This document shows, piece by piece, positions 40,767 through 52,172 of a DNA stretch of 64,000 nucleotides. A model generated the notes under the pieces. The model was given only the letters and a program-made list of their open reading frames with translations. It was not told the DNA's origin and searched no databases. Each line of letters starts with the position of its first letter. Position 1 is the stretch's first letter. A program made the position numbers and the translations under genes. Source of the stretch: Pseudomonadota bacterium (GTDB taxonomy: Bacteria > Pseudomonadota > Gammaproteobacteria > Burkholderiales > Burkholderiaceae_C); the NCBI GenBank assembly GCA_041164825.1, contig JBEAOO010000002.1, forward strand, positions 7,082 to 71,081. Direction: 5' to 3'.

Positions 40767-41372
40767 TCAGATGTGCCCGTTTTTCAGCAGCGCTTCGACC
40801 TGGTCGAAGCGGTCGAACCCCCAGAACGCCTCGCCGTCGATGATGACGTAGGGCGAGCCGAACACGCCCTTGGCCATGGCCAGATCGGTTTCGGCGCGCA
40901 ACTGGTCTTTGACGCTCGCGCTGTTGATGCCGTCGGCCAGCGCGTCGCCGTTGAGGCCCATGGCCGTGGCCACGGCGGCCACCACATCGGGGTCGCCGAT
41001 GTTCTGGTTGTCCACGAAATAGGCCTTGAACAGCGCCTTCGCAAACTCAATCGCGCGGTCGTCGCCCACCTTGCTCTGTACCCACAACATGGCGCGTGCC
41101 GCCGCTTGGGTGGGGATGGGGAAGGCATCGGGTTGCTGGTAGGCAATGCCGTGGTGGCGGGCGGTGCGCTTGAAGTCGTGCAGCGCGTACTCGCCCTTCA
41201 TGGGCACCTGCGGCAGCGGCTGCGAGCCGGTGGTTTTGAACACCACGCCCAGCAAAATCGGGTGCCATTCCACATCACGGCCGTAGCGCCCGGCGAGCTC
41301 GTCGATGCGGGTGCTGGCGAAGTAGCCGTAGGGCGAAGCGAAGTCGAAGTAAAAATCGATGGCTGAGGACAT
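40767..41372 (-). CDS. 2-hydroxychromene-2-carboxylate isomerase / DsbA-like thioredoxin-fold protein
   Basis: IDFYFDFASPYGYF N-terminus, GVFGSPYVIIDGEAFWGFDR C-terminus. ATG 41370-41372. Confidence 0.85.
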   Translation of the reverse strand: MSSAIDFYFDFASPYGYFASTRIDELAGRYGRDVEWHPILLGVVFKTTGSQPLPQVPMKGEYALHDFKRTARHHGIAYQQPDAFPIPTQAAARAMLWVQSKVGDDRAIEFAKALFKAYFVDNQNIGDPDVVAAVATAMGLNGDALADGINSASVKDQLRAETDLAMAKGVFGSPYVIIDGEAFWGFDRFDQVEALLKNGHI

Positions 41373-41439
41373 GGTGGGTGGCAAAAATGCGGTGGACGGA
41401 GTTTGACAGAAGGGCGTTGTTCAGCGGTGCGGGCTGCGC

Positions 41440-41697
41440 TCAGCCCGCCCCGTCGACGCGCGCAAAGCGGGCTTGCATCACACCGTCGACCTCCACTTGG
41501 CCAAAGAACATGGCGTGCGGGCGCACCCAGTCGCCGCGGCTGTTGGAGAGCGGGCGATACAGCACCATCGGCGCCAAGTTTTCGCTGTCGCGCACGACGC
41601 CCAGCACCTCGTACTCACCGCCCTTGTAGTGGCGGTAACGGCCGGTCGGCGTGGGCGGAAGTGGGGGCAAATCGGAGGTGTCGTTGGCGGTGCTCAT
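41440..41697 (-). CDS. DUF1653 domain protein
   Basis: GRYRHYKGGEYEVLGVVRDSENLAPMVLYRPL core. ATG 41695-41697 (TTG 41706 alternative). Confidence 0.75.
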   Translation of the reverse strand: MSTANDTSDLPPLPPTPTGRYRHYKGGEYEVLGVVRDSENLAPMVLYRPLSNSRGDWVRPHAMFFGQVEVDGVMQARFARVDGAG

Positions 41698-41720
41698 GGC
41701 GGGCAAGGATAATCGCGCCC

Positions 41721-42980
41721 ATGCATCCGAACGCCCTGCTAGAACTTGCCACTGATTTGCTGCACCGTGTGCTGCAAAACAGCGCCCCTGCCGACAACGT
41801 TGTTTCCGGCTTTTTCAAAGAACACCGCGCCCTCGGTGCCCGCGAGCGCGGCACCCTGGCCGAGACCACCTACACGGTGCTGCGCCAGCGTTTGCTCTTC
41901 CAGCACCTGGCCCAATCGGGCAAGGGTGAGATGGAGCGCCGCCTGGCCATCTTGGCCTGGCACGGCAACGACGGTTTTTTGCGCGCCGCGCTGAGCGAGC
42001 AAGAGCAGCAGTGGTTGGAGCAGGTCAGCACCGTCGACCGCAGCGCGCTGGCCGACAAGCTGCGCCACAACCTGCCCGAGTGGCTGGCAGACCGCCTGAA
42101 GCCCGCCATGGGCGACGACTTCTGGCCGCTGGTGGACGCGCTCAACAGCCCGGCGCCGCTCGACCTGCGGGTCAACTCGGTCAAGGCCAAGCGCGAAGAT
42201 GTGCAGGCCGCGCTGTTGGCCGCCCGCATTGACGCTCAGCCCACGCCGTATTCGCCTTGGGGCCTGCGCGTGCAGGGCAAGCCCGCCATCAACAAGATGG
42301 ACGTGTTCACCCGCGGCGAGGTGGAAGTGCAAGACGAAGGCAGCCAGCTGCTGGCCTTGATGCTCGACGCCAAGCGCGGCGAAATGGTGGTCGACTTTTG
42401 TGCGGGTGCTGGCGGCAAGACGCTGGCGCTGGGCGCGGCCATGCGCAACACCGGCCGCCTCTATGCGTTTGACACCTCGGGCCACCGCCTGGCGGCACTC
42501 AAGCCGCGCTTGGCGCGCAGCGGTTTGTCCAACCACTACCCGGCGCAAATCGCTCACGAGCGCGACGACCGCATCAAGCGCCTGGCCGGCAAGATCGACC
42601 GCGTGCTGGTTGATGCGCCGTGTTCGGGCCTGGGCACACTGCGCCGCAACCCCGACCTGAAATGGCGCCAGTCGCCCGAATCGGTGGTGGAGTTGCAGGC
42701 CAAACAGATGGCCATTCTGACCAGCGCCGCGCGCCTGCTGAAGCCGGGCGGCCGCTTGGTCTACGCCACCTGTAGCCTGCTCGAAAGCGAGAACGAAGCC
42801 ATCGCTCAAGCCTTCACCGAGGCCAACAGCCGGGAGTTCACGGTGCTGCCTGCCCGCGAGGCGTTGGAAAAAGCCCACGCAGGCCGGGTGGAGGAGCTGG
42901 TGCAGGGCGACTACCTGCGCCTGTGGCCGCACCGCCATGGCACAGATGCCTTCTTCGCGGCAGCCTGGGTGCGTCGCTGA
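41721..42980 (+). CDS. RsmB/NOP2/Sun-family SAM-dependent RNA cytosine-C5 methyltransferase
   Basis: ATG 41721. VDFCAGAGGKT, DAPCSGLGTLRRNPD, YATCS motifs. Confidence 0.88.
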   Translation: MHPNALLELATDLLHRVLQNSAPADNVVSGFFKEHRALGARERGTLAETTYTVLRQRLLFQHLAQSGKGEMERRLAILAWHGNDGFLRAALSEQEQQWLEQVSTVDRSALADKLRHNLPEWLADRLKPAMGDDFWPLVDALNSPAPLDLRVNSVKAKREDVQAALLAARIDAQPTPYSPWGLRVQGKPAINKMDVFTRGEVEVQDEGSQLLALMLDAKRGEMVVDFCAGAGGKTLALGAAMRNTGRLYAFDTSGHRLAALKPRLARSGLSNHYPAQIAHERDDRIKRLAGKIDRVLVDAPCSGLGTLRRNPDLKWRQSPESVVELQAKQMAILTSAARLLKPGGRLVYATCSLLESENEAIAQAFTEANSREFTVLPAREALEKAHAGRVEELVQGDYLRLWPHRHGTDAFFAAAWVRR

Positions 42981-43126
42981 ACCTGCTTGCGCGTTGATCT
43001 GTCTCAAGCGCGCCCACTTTGTGGGCGCAATGGCCCCTGGGTGCACAGGATTGGATGGGGCGATTTTCACCATCCGCCACTACAATCAGCGACCCCGCCC
43101 GTTCATGGTGGGCTGAAAGCTGCTAC

Positions 43127-44350
43127 ATGAATGTTCTGATTTCGATCCGCGATGCCTTGGTTCAGTGGTTGGCCCATGGCCTGCTGGAGGCATCTTGGTG
43201 GCAAGTGGTCGCCATCACCTTGGTGATGACCCACTTCACGATTCTGGGCGTGACCCTGTTTTTGCACCGTTCGCAAGCGCACCGTTCGGTGGAGCTCGGC
43301 CCCATCCCGGCGCACTTCCTGCGCTTCTGGTTGTGGCTGACCACCGGCATGGTGACGAAAGAATTCGTGGCCGTGCACCGCAAGCACCACGCCAAGTGCG
43401 AAACCGAAGAAGACCCGCACAGCCCGCAAACGCGCGGTCTCAAGGCCTTGCTGCTGACCGGCGTGGAGCTGTACCGCACCGAAGCCAAGAACCAGGAAAC
43501 GCTGGACAAGTACGGCCGCAACACGCCGGACGACTGGATCGAGCGCAACCTCTACACCCGCTACAGCTGGCAAGGTGTGGGTCTGATGATGGTCATCAAT
43601 TTGTCGCTCTTCGGCGCCATCGGCCTGACCGTGTGGGCGATCCAGATGGCTTGGATTCCCGTGTGGGCCACCGGTGTGATCAACGGCATTGGCCACTATT
43701 GGGGCTACCGCAACTTCGAGGCCGCTGACGCATCGACCAATGTGTCGCCCTGGGGCATCCTGATTGGCGGCGAAGAGCTGCACAACAACCACCACACCTA
43801 CCCGACCTCGGCCAAGTTCTCGGTCAAGCCGTTCGAGTTCGACATTGGCTGGGGTTACCTGCGTGCCTTCGAGATGCTCGGCTGGGCCAAGATCCGCAAG
43901 ACTGCACCGCAGTTGAAGCTGGGTCCGGTCAAGGCCGTGGCCGACTCGCACACGCTCGAAGCCATCATCGCCAACCGCTACGAGGTGATGGCCAATTACG
44001 CCAACAGCCTGCGTGGTGCGTGTGCTGCTGAGCTGGCTCGCCTGAAGGCCGAAGGGGTGGAGAACTCGGCCAAGTGGCGCCAGATGCGCATGGCCAAGCG
44101 CTGGCTGCACCGCGATGCCGAGCACATCCCGGCCGACGTGCAAGCCGATGTGGCCAAGGCCTGCGCAGAGTCGCCCAACCTGGCCAAGCTGGTCACCATG
44201 CGCGAAGAACTGCGCGCGCTCTGGACCCGCACCAACGTGTCGGCCGAGCAGCTGGTGGTCGATTTGCAGACCTGGTGCAAGAAGGCTGAAGACAGTGGCA
44301 ATGCTGCGCTGCGTGACTTCGCGCTGACGCTGCGCGCCGCCAAGGCCTGA
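43127..44350 (+). CDS. Membrane acyl-CoA/phospholipid delta-9 fatty acid desaturase (DesA-like)
   Basis: Three His boxes HRSQAH, HRKHH, HNNHH. Four TM helices and a helical C-terminal extension. Confidence 0.88.
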   Translation: MNVLISIRDALVQWLAHGLLEASWWQVVAITLVMTHFTILGVTLFLHRSQAHRSVELGPIPAHFLRFWLWLTTGMVTKEFVAVHRKHHAKCETEEDPHSPQTRGLKALLLTGVELYRTEAKNQETLDKYGRNTPDDWIERNLYTRYSWQGVGLMMVINLSLFGAIGLTVWAIQMAWIPVWATGVINGIGHYWGYRNFEAADASTNVSPWGILIGGEELHNNHHTYPTSAKFSVKPFEFDIGWGYLRAFEMLGWAKIRKTAPQLKLGPVKAVADSHTLEAIIANRYEVMANYANSLRGACAAELARLKAEGVENSAKWRQMRMAKRWLHRDAEHIPADVQADVAKACAESPNLAKLVTMREELRALWTRTNVSAEQLVVDLQTWCKKAEDSGNAALRDFALTLRAAKA

Positions 44351-44397
44351 TCGTCACACCTGTCATTGCCCGCCTCTGCGGAGGCTGCTACACAGAG

Positions 44398-44420
44398 AGC
44401 GCCCCGAGGGGCGCTTTTTT
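44398..44420 (+). terminator. Rho-independent terminator of the desaturase gene
   Basis: agcgcccc-ga-ggggcgct followed by tttttt. Confidence 0.8.
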
Positions 44421-44725
44421 CATGGGCGCTCCGCGCGCCCAGGTGTGGTGGGCTGGGCTGCCGGGGTTGCCTGTGTGCCACCTTTGCGGTGGTGATGGAG
44501 GCGGTCCGGGCAGGCACGGGGTGGTGAACAAGCAAGGCAAGGCACAAGGCAAGGCAAGGGGGGGGCGCGCACATGCCGCCACCACGCCATCCATCATGCG
44601 TGTGGCAAGAAGTTGTGCGACCACCTTTGGGTGGGGCTTTCTGTGCGCAGAGAGTCTCCAGGTGGACTGCGGCTGGCGTGCCGGGCTGGAGCCCACTCAG
44701 GGGGTGATCCCTCTGGCCATGAATG

Positions 44726-44756
44726 AAAAAACCCGCCGAGCTTGCGCTGGGCGGGT
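44726..44756 (-). terminator. Rho-independent terminator of rpmBG
   Basis: On the minus strand acccgcc-cagcgcaagctc-ggcgggt followed by tttttt, 30 nt after the rpmG stop. Confidence 0.8.
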
Positions 44757-44786
44757 TCTTTGATGCAGAGATTCAAACGGCGCCGA

Positions 44787-44954
44787 TCAGCGCAGCTTGG
44801 TTTCCTTGTACATCACGTGCTTGCGTGCCTTCGGGTCGAACTTCATCAGTTCGATCTTTTCGGGCGTGGTCTTCTTGTTCTTGTCGGTCGTGTAGAAATG
44901 ACCGGTGCCGGCAGAAGATTCCAGCTTGATTTTTTCGCGTCCACCTTTGGCCAT
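44787..44954 (-). CDS. rpmG: 50S ribosomal protein L33
   Basis: Not in the ORF track (55 aa). Manual translation: [55 protein letters not shown]. Confidence 0.93.
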   Translation of the reverse strand: MAKGGREKIKLESSAGTGHFYTTDKNKKTTPEKIELMKFDPKARKHVMYKETKLR

Positions 44955-44968
44955 GATTCAGCTCCTGA

Positions 44969-45202
44969 TCAGAGTTCGCCTTTGGCACGCAGGTCGGCCA
45001 CGACCTGCTCGATGCCCACCTTGTCGATCAGGCGCAATGCGGCATTCGAAATGCGCAGACGCACCCAGCGGTTCTCGGTTTCGAGCCAGAAACGACGGTA
45101 CTGCAGGTTCGGCAGGAAGCGACGCTTCGTTTTGTTGTTGGCGTGGGAAACATTGTTTCCCACCATCGGGCGCTTACCCGTGACTTGACAGACGCGTGCC
45201 AT
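44969..45202 (-). CDS. rpmB: 50S ribosomal protein L28
   Basis: [34 protein letters not shown]…, 77 aa. The upstream part of the track ORF is rejected. Confidence 0.95.
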   Translation of the reverse strand: MARVCQVTGKRPMVGNNVSHANNKTKRRFLPNLQYRRFWLETENRWVRLRISNAALRLIDKVGIEQVVADLRAKGEL

Positions 45203-45377
45203 GACGCTTCTCCGTTTGAATCTGATCTCAGCAGTGGCGCCCCGTGCATGGCCGCAGGCAGCGTTTTGGCGCTGCAGCAGCCCTGGTGGGCGCACTTCAA
45301 AGAGTTGAAGGTTGGAAGGTTTGTTTTTTGCTGAAGTTGCCTTCAGAAAAGACAAGCCGATTTCGGCAAAGACCGCG

Positions 45378-45406
45378 AGTATAGCGGGTTTTCTGTGGGC
45401 AGCCAA
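45378..45406 (-). promoter_or_regulatory. Sigma70-like promoter candidate for rpmBG (TTGGCT-N17-TATACT)
   Basis: Minus strand reads ttggct gcccacagaaaacccgc tatact. This would give a ~165-nt leader. It lies just downstream of the trxB stop. Confidence 0.35.
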
Positions 45407-45425
45407 GGGGCCGCCCACATTGGGC

Positions 45426-46415
<990 letters not shown>

Positions 46416-46539
46416 TCAGGGCGGGAGGGCGGTGTTTTTTGTTACCGCTGGTCCCGAAATGCCTGCCAAGCTGTCATTGTAGGAAACGCCTTCAAGCGTT
46501 GATCTGATCCGTTACACATAACCACAACAGGACCGATCC

Positions 46540-47202
46540 ATGGCCATGCTTTCCAACTTGGACTTGATCCGGCGCGTACCGCTGTTTTCCATGCTCACCA
46601 ATGAGCAAGCGCAGGGCATTGCGGACGCCATCGTCAAGCGCCGATTCCGACGCGGCGAAATCATCGTCGAGCAGGGGCGAAAGTCCAACGCGCTGTTCAT
46701 TTTGCTGACCGGCCGGGCGCGTGTCCTGTCGGCCGATGTGCGTGGCCGTGAGGTGATTTTGGCGGTGCTGCAGCCGGGTGACTATGTGGGCGAAATGAGC
46801 CTGATCGACAATGAACCGCATTCGGCGACCGTTCGCGCCGAGGTGCAAACCGACATGTTGATCCTCGGTCGCGCGGAATTTGCACGCTGTTTGCCTGAAA
46901 ATTCGAGCCTGTCCTACGCCATCATGCGCGGCCTCGTGCAGCGCCTGCGCAACGCTGATCGCCAGATCGAATCGCTGGCCTTGTTGGATGTGTATGGGCG
47001 CGTTGCCCGCACGCTGCTTGACATGGCCGAAGACGTGGGTGGTCAGCAAATGATTCGCGGCAAGGTGTCGCGCCAAGACCTGGCCAAGGTCGTGGGCGCC
47101 TCGCGCGAAATGGTCAGCCGCGTGATGAAAGACCTGGAAGAGCGCGGCATTGTGGAGACACAAGAAAACGGCTCGGTGCTGATCAAGAACGGCCTGGGTT
47201 GA
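46540..47202 (+). CDS. Crp/Fnr-family transcriptional regulator (cNMP-binding domain + HTH)
   Basis: 220 aa. [11 protein letters not shown] cNMP-like fold, [30 protein letters not shown]. Confidence 0.88.
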   Translation: MAMLSNLDLIRRVPLFSMLTNEQAQGIADAIVKRRFRRGEIIVEQGRKSNALFILLTGRARVLSADVRGREVILAVLQPGDYVGEMSLIDNEPHSATVRAEVQTDMLILGRAEFARCLPENSSLSYAIMRGLVQRLRNADRQIESLALLDVYGRVARTLLDMAEDVGGQQMIRGKVSRQDLAKVVGASREMVSRVMKDLEERGIVETQENGSVLIKNGLG

Positions 47203-47260
47203 GCGGCGCCGCAGCCGCCGCGACGGTGGCTGCGGGCTGCGAATCAGCCACAATCTGCGG

Positions 47261-49666
47261 ATGACGTTTCCGCTGGGTTCTCTCCGCGCCGATCCAGGCG
47301 CGTCTACTGCCGTCAACCATGCGGCTGCGCCCTCCTTGGGCGCCACCTACACCCGCCATAACGGCCCTGCGGTGCAGCGCGCTGCGCCGCCGCCTGAGCC
47401 CATGCCGGCATGGCGTGCGCAGCTGGGTGTGCTGCTGGGCGGCGTGTTGTGGCTGCTGGCCTTGCTGGCCTTGGGGTCGCACAACGCGCAAGATGCTGCG
47501 TTCTCCACCTCCGGCAGCGCTGCGCTGCCCCTCAACAAGGTGGGCGCGCTGGGCGCGTGGTTCTCGGACATGGGTTATTACCTCTTCGGCTTCTCCATTT
47601 GGTGGGCGATGGCGGTCAGCCTGCGTGCTTGGTTGAGTGCGCTGGCCCATGCCTTGCGCGGCCCCGATGCGGCGCCCGAACCCGAGCCACTGCCGCGTGC
47701 GCGCTGGGTGTTTTGGCTCGGCCTGGCCCTGTTGTTGGCCGCCAGCACCTCGCTCGAATGGACGCGGCTGTACCAGTGGGAAGGCCGCTTGCCCGGTGCC
47801 CATGCCGGCGGCGTGCTCGGCTACACGCTGGGCCAACTGAGCATGCGCTGGCTGGGCTTTTCGGGGTCGGGCGTGCTGTGGATTGCGGCGCTGATTGCGG
47901 GCTTGGCGCTGGCATTTCGCTTTTCGTGGATGCGCGCGGCCGAGCGCATTGGCGAGCGTGTGGAGTCGCTGCGCGAGCGCCGTGTGGAGCGCATTGAGCG
48001 CGAGCAGGACATTCGCTTGGGCGAACAGGCTCAGCGCGAGCGCGAGCAGGTGGTGGAGGTGGAGCAGCAGTTGCAAGAGGTGCACGAGCCCATCCTGATC
48101 GAGACCCCGGTGGTCGAGGTGCCGCAAAGCACCCGGGTGGTGAAAGAGCGCCAGAAGCCGCTGTTCACCGACCCCACCGACACCAAGCTGCCGCAGGTCG
48201 ACTTGCTGGACGCCGCTCCGGGCCGCCAGGAGACGGTGCCACCCGAGACGCTGGAGATGACCTCGCGGCTGATCGAGAAAAAGCTCAAGGACTTTGGCGT
48301 GGAAGTGCGTGTGGTCGCGGCCTCACCCGGCCCGGTGATCACGCGCTATGAGATCGAGCCCGCGGTCGGCGTGAAGGGCTCGCAGGTGCTCAACCTGGCC
48401 AAAGACCTGGCGCGCTCGCTCTCGCTGGTCAGCATCCGCGTGGTGGAAACCATTCCGGGCAAAACCACCATGGCGCTGGAGTTGCCCAACGCCAAGCGTC
48501 AGACCATCCGCTTGTCGGAGATTTTGGGCTCGCAGGTGTATGCCGATGCGTCCTCGCAGCTCACCATGGGCTTGGGCAAAGATATCGTCGGCGCGCCTGT
48601 GGTGGCCGACCTCGCCAAGATGCCGCACTGCCTGGTGGCCGGCACCACCGGTTCGGGCAAATCGGTGGGCATCAACGCGATGATCTTGAGCCTGCTCTAC
48701 AAGGCCGAAGCGCGCGACATCCGACTGATCTTGATCGACCCGAAGATGCTGGAAATGAGCGTCTACGAGGGCATTCCGCACCTGCTGTGCCCAGTGGTGA
48801 CCGACATGAAGCAGGCCAGCAACGCGCTCACCTGGGCCGTGGGCGAGATGGAGCGCCGCTACAAGCTGATGAGCAAGATGGGCGTGCGCAACCTCGCCGG
48901 CTACAACAAGAAGATCGACGACGCGGTGGCCAAAGGCGAGTCCATTCCCAACCCCTTCAGCCTCACGCCTGAGCTGCCCGAGCCGCTGGACCGCCTGCCC
49001 TTTGTGGTGATCGTGATCGACGAACTGGCCGACCTGATGATGGTGGTGGGCAAGAAGATTGAAGAGCTGATCGCCCGCTTGGCGCAAAAAGCGCGCGCCG
49101 CCGGCATCCACCTGATTTTGGCCACCCAGCGCCCGAGCGTGGACGTGATCACCGGCCTGATCAAGGCCAACATTCCGACCCGTTTGAGCTTCCAGGTCAG
49201 CAGCAAGATCGACAGCCGAACCATCCTCGACCAGATGGGTGCCGAGGCCCTGCTGGGCATGGGCGACATGCTCTACATGGCCAGCGGCACGGGCCTGCCA
49301 GTGCGCGTACACGGCGCGTTTTGCTCCGACGAGGAGGTGCACCGCGTGGTCAGCTACATCAAGAGCCAGGGTGAGCCCAACTACATTGAAGGCATTTTGG
49401 AGGGCGGCACGCTGGACGGCGACGGCGAGCTGTCGACCGCCGACATGCCCGGCGGTGGCGGCGGTGAAAACGACCCCATGTACGACCAGGCCGTGGGCGT
49501 GGTGCTGCAGCACCGGCGTGCGTCGATCTCGCTGGTGCAGCGCCACCTGCGCATTGGCTACAACCGTGCGGCGCGGCTGCTGGAACAAATGGAGAAATCC
49601 GGGCTCGTATCTGCACTGTCCAACAATGGCAACCGCGACCTGCTCGTGCCGCCCCGCGCCGAATGA
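47261..49666 (+). CDS. ftsK: DNA translocase FtsK
   Basis: 801 aa. 4-5 N-terminal TM helices, linker, motor with GTTGSGKS, C-terminal gamma winged helix ([23 protein letters not shown]). Confidence 0.96.
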   Translation: MTFPLGSLRADPGASTAVNHAAAPSLGATYTRHNGPAVQRAAPPPEPMPAWRAQLGVLLGGVLWLLALLALGSHNAQDAAFSTSGSAALPLNKVGALGAWFSDMGYYLFGFSIWWAMAVSLRAWLSALAHALRGPDAAPEPEPLPRARWVFWLGLALLLAASTSLEWTRLYQWEGRLPGAHAGGVLGYTLGQLSMRWLGFSGSGVLWIAALIAGLALAFRFSWMRAAERIGERVESLRERRVERIEREQDIRLGEQAQREREQVVEVEQQLQEVHEPILIETPVVEVPQSTRVVKERQKPLFTDPTDTKLPQVDLLDAAPGRQETVPPETLEMTSRLIEKKLKDFGVEVRVVAASPGPVITRYEIEPAVGVKGSQVLNLAKDLARSLSLVSIRVVETIPGKTTMALELPNAKRQTIRLSEILGSQVYADASSQLTMGLGKDIVGAPVVADLAKMPHCLVAGTTGSGKSVGINAMILSLLYKAEARDIRLILIDPKMLEMSVYEGIPHLLCPVVTDMKQASNALTWAVGEMERRYKLMSKMGVRNLAGYNKKIDDAVAKGESIPNPFSLTPELPEPLDRLPFVVIVIDELADLMMVVGKKIEELIARLAQKARAAGIHLILATQRPSVDVITGLIKANIPTRLSFQVSSKIDSRTILDQMGAEALLGMGDMLYMASGTGLPVRVHGAFCSDEEVHRVVSYIKSQGEPNYIEGILEGGTLDGDGELSTADMPGGGGGENDPMYDQAVGVVLQHRRASISLVQRHLRIGYNRAARLLEQMEKSGLVSALSNNGNRDLLVPPRAE

Positions 49667-50280
49667 TGACCCCACGTCACGCCCTGATCTCGCTCGCCCT
49701 GGCCGCCGCGGCTTGCGCCGCCCATGCCGACACGGTGGCCACACTCAAGGCCTTTGTGGCCGAGGTGAAAACCGGCCAAGCCAGCTTCAACCAAACCGTG
49801 ACCGCCCCCGATGGCGTGAAGAAAAAGACCTCGCGCGGCACCTTTGAGTTTTCGCGCCCCAACCGCTTTCGCTTCAACTACACGCAGCCGTTTGAGCAGC
49901 AGATCGTCAGCGACGGGCAGAAGGTTTGGATCTTCGATGCCGACCTGAACCAAGCCAGCGTGCGCCCCTTCAGTCAGGCCATGGGCGCCACGCCGGCAGC
50001 GCTGCTCGCGGGCGGCTCGCTCACGCCAGAATTTGAGTTGAGTAACCTGCCCGCGCGCGATGGCCTGGAGTGGGCGCAAGCGCTGCCGCGTAACAAGGAG
50101 GGCGGTTTTCAGTCGCTGAAGATCGGTTTCAAAGGCAAGGATCTGGCCGCGGTCGAAATTCTGGATGCCTTCGGTCAGCGCTCGCTGTTGCAGTTCAGTC
50201 AGCTCGTTGCCAATGGTCTGGTGCCCGATGCCAACTTCCGCTTTGTGCTGCCCAAGGGCGCTGACCTGATCACGCAGTGA
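49663..50280 (+). CDS. lolA: Outer-membrane lipoprotein carrier protein LolA
   Basis: Signal peptide, [34 protein letters not shown] overlap with ftsK. Confidence 0.9.
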   Translation: MMTPRHALISLALAAAACAAHADTVATLKAFVAEVKTGQASFNQTVTAPDGVKKKTSRGTFEFSRPNRFRFNYTQPFEQQIVSDGQKVWIFDADLNQASVRPFSQAMGATPAALLAGGSLTPEFELSNLPARDGLEWAQALPRNKEGGFQSLKIGFKGKDLAAVEILDAFGQRSLLQFSQLVANGLVPDANFRFVLPKGADLITQ

Positions 50281-50292
50281 GCGCGCCCACGC

Positions 50293-51612
50293 ATGGCTGA
50301 TTTGTTTTCGCACGACCCCATTGCGCCCTTGGCCGAGGCCCTGCGCCCGCGCACGCTCGACGAGGTGGTGGGGCAATCGCACCTGCTGGGCGAGGGCAAG
50401 CCACTGCGGCTGGCATTTCAGTCGGGCAAGCCGCATTCGATGATTTTTTGGGGCCCGCCCGGTGTGGGTAAAACCACCTTGGCGCGGCTCACCGCCCACG
50501 CCTTTGAGTGCGAGTTCATTGCGCTCTCGGCCGTGTTTTCGGGCGTCAAAGACATCCGCACGGCCATGGAGCAGGCGCAGCAATATCTGTCGCAGGGCAG
50601 GCACACGATTCTGTTTGTCGACGAGATCCACCGCTTCAACAAGTCGCAGCAAGACGCCTTGCTGCCGCATGTGGAATCGGGCCTGTTCACCTTCATTGGT
50701 GCCACCACCGAGAACCCGTCGTTCGAGGTCAACTCGGCCCTGTTGTCGCGGGCGCAGGTGTATGTGCTCAAGTCGCTGAGCGACGACGAGCTGCGGCAAC
50801 TGCTGACCCGCGCGCAGTCGCAGGCCTTGGGCCATTTGGCCTTTGACGAGGCGGCTGTGGACACGCTGGTGGGGTACGCCGATGGCGATGCGCGGCGGTT
50901 TTTGAACCTGCTGGAGCAGTCGCAAACCGCGGCGGGTGCGGCCGGTGTGGCCAAGATCACGGCCGAGTTCTTGAGCAACGCGCTGAGCCTCAACGCGCGC
51001 CGGTTCGACAAAGGCGGCGACAACTTCTACGACCAGATCTCGGCGCTGCACAAATCAGTGCGCGGCTCCAACCCCGATGCGGCGCTCTATTGGCTCAGCC
51101 GCATGCTGGATGGCGGTGCCGACGCGCGCTACCTCTCGCGCCGCATCGTGCGCATGGCCTGGGAAGACATCGGCCTGGCCGACCCGCGCGCCATGCAAAT
51201 CGCCAACGACGCGGCGCTCACGTTCGAGCGCCTGGGCAGCCCCGAGGGCGAGCTGGCGCTGGGCCAAGCGGTGATCTACCTCGCCATCGCCGCCAAGAGC
51301 AACGCCGGCTACACCGCCTACAACCAGGCCCGGGCGTTTGTGAAGCAGGACAAAAGCCGCGAGGTGCCGGTGCACCTGCGCAACGCCCCGACGCGGTTGA
51401 TGAAAGAGCTGGGCCACGGCCACGACTACCGTTACGCCCATGATGAGCCCCACGCCTACGCGGCGGGTGAAAGCTATTTGCCCGATGGCATGCCCGAGCC
51501 GGGCTGGTACCTGCCCGTGCCGCGCGGCTTGGAGGCCAAGATTGGCGAGAAGCTGGCCTTTTTGCGCCGGCTCGACGACGCGGCCTCGGGCGAAGGCGAT
51601 TCCTCGGCCTGA
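50293..51612 (+). CDS. rarA: Replication-associated recombination protein A (AAA+ ATPase RarA/MgsA)
   Basis: LRPRTLDEVVGQSHLLG, GPPGVGKTT, LFVDEIHRFNK, C-terminal MgsA_C (HLRNAPTRLMKELGHG). Confidence 0.95.
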   Translation: MADLFSHDPIAPLAEALRPRTLDEVVGQSHLLGEGKPLRLAFQSGKPHSMIFWGPPGVGKTTLARLTAHAFECEFIALSAVFSGVKDIRTAMEQAQQYLSQGRHTILFVDEIHRFNKSQQDALLPHVESGLFTFIGATTENPSFEVNSALLSRAQVYVLKSLSDDELRQLLTRAQSQALGHLAFDEAAVDTLVGYADGDARRFLNLLEQSQTAAGAAGVAKITAEFLSNALSLNARRFDKGGDNFYDQISALHKSVRGSNPDAALYWLSRMLDGGADARYLSRRIVRMAWEDIGLADPRAMQIANDAALTFERLGSPEGELALGQAVIYLAIAAKSNAGYTAYNQARAFVKQDKSREVPVHLRNAPTRLMKELGHGHDYRYAHDEPHAYAAGESYLPDGMPEPGWYLPVPRGLEAKIGEKLAFLRRLDDAASGEGDSSA

Positions 51613-51934
51613 CAGGGTTGGCGCCGGGCCAGACTGGCGCCGACGAAAATTCAGGTTTTCTCGTCAATGTCCGCTGGGTTGCTGGTCTATCTGGCTTTGA
51701 CTGCGCATTTGTGGTGCCTCAGGGCACTTGAGTAGTGCATTTGCGCGATGGCGGTGCGCGCTGGCGCTGGCGCGTGCTGGCGGATGGCCGGACGAGTCTG
51801 GTGTGGGCGCGAACGGAATGCCGTCTGTAACAAATGCCAACCCGCTGTGGCGGGTCGACAAAAAAATGCGTTCGCCCCGAAAAGAAATGAATTGCGCCGT
51901 CTTGGCGCAGCGTCGAACAAAAAGCGGTGAACTG

Positions 51935-51963
51935 GGCTATCTGCAGATAGCCAGACGTTTTTT
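51935..51963 (+). terminator. Terminator-like hairpin in the long rarA-livH spacer
   Basis: Perfect 9+9 palindrome ggctatctg/cagatagcc (51935-51952), 5-nt spacer, then tttttt (51958-51963). About 320 nt downstream of the rarA stop. Confidence 0.4.
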
Positions 51964-52172
51964 CAGGGGGTTTGTCCGAACTTCTCTCTTCCCCGCTCGC
52001 CCCTAAAATCCGTCCCACTCTTCGGCTCGACTTGTTTCAAGCCCGCCCCGCTCAGCAGGGCGGGCTTCTTGCTAATAGAGACCGGACCGACCGGCACCAG
52101 CACCCCTGGCGCCGGTCAACAAGGCCCGCCGCACCCCGGCGGGCAGGACGCAATCACTCAGGAGAGTCCCGG

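Noticed and set aside
51687-52018. Small ORFs (60-99 aa, both strands) in the rarA-livH spacer
   Set aside because: They have no Shine-Dalgarno and Arg/Cys/Ala-rich improbable composition. They overlap each other in several frames, and the region fits non-coding structured RNA better.
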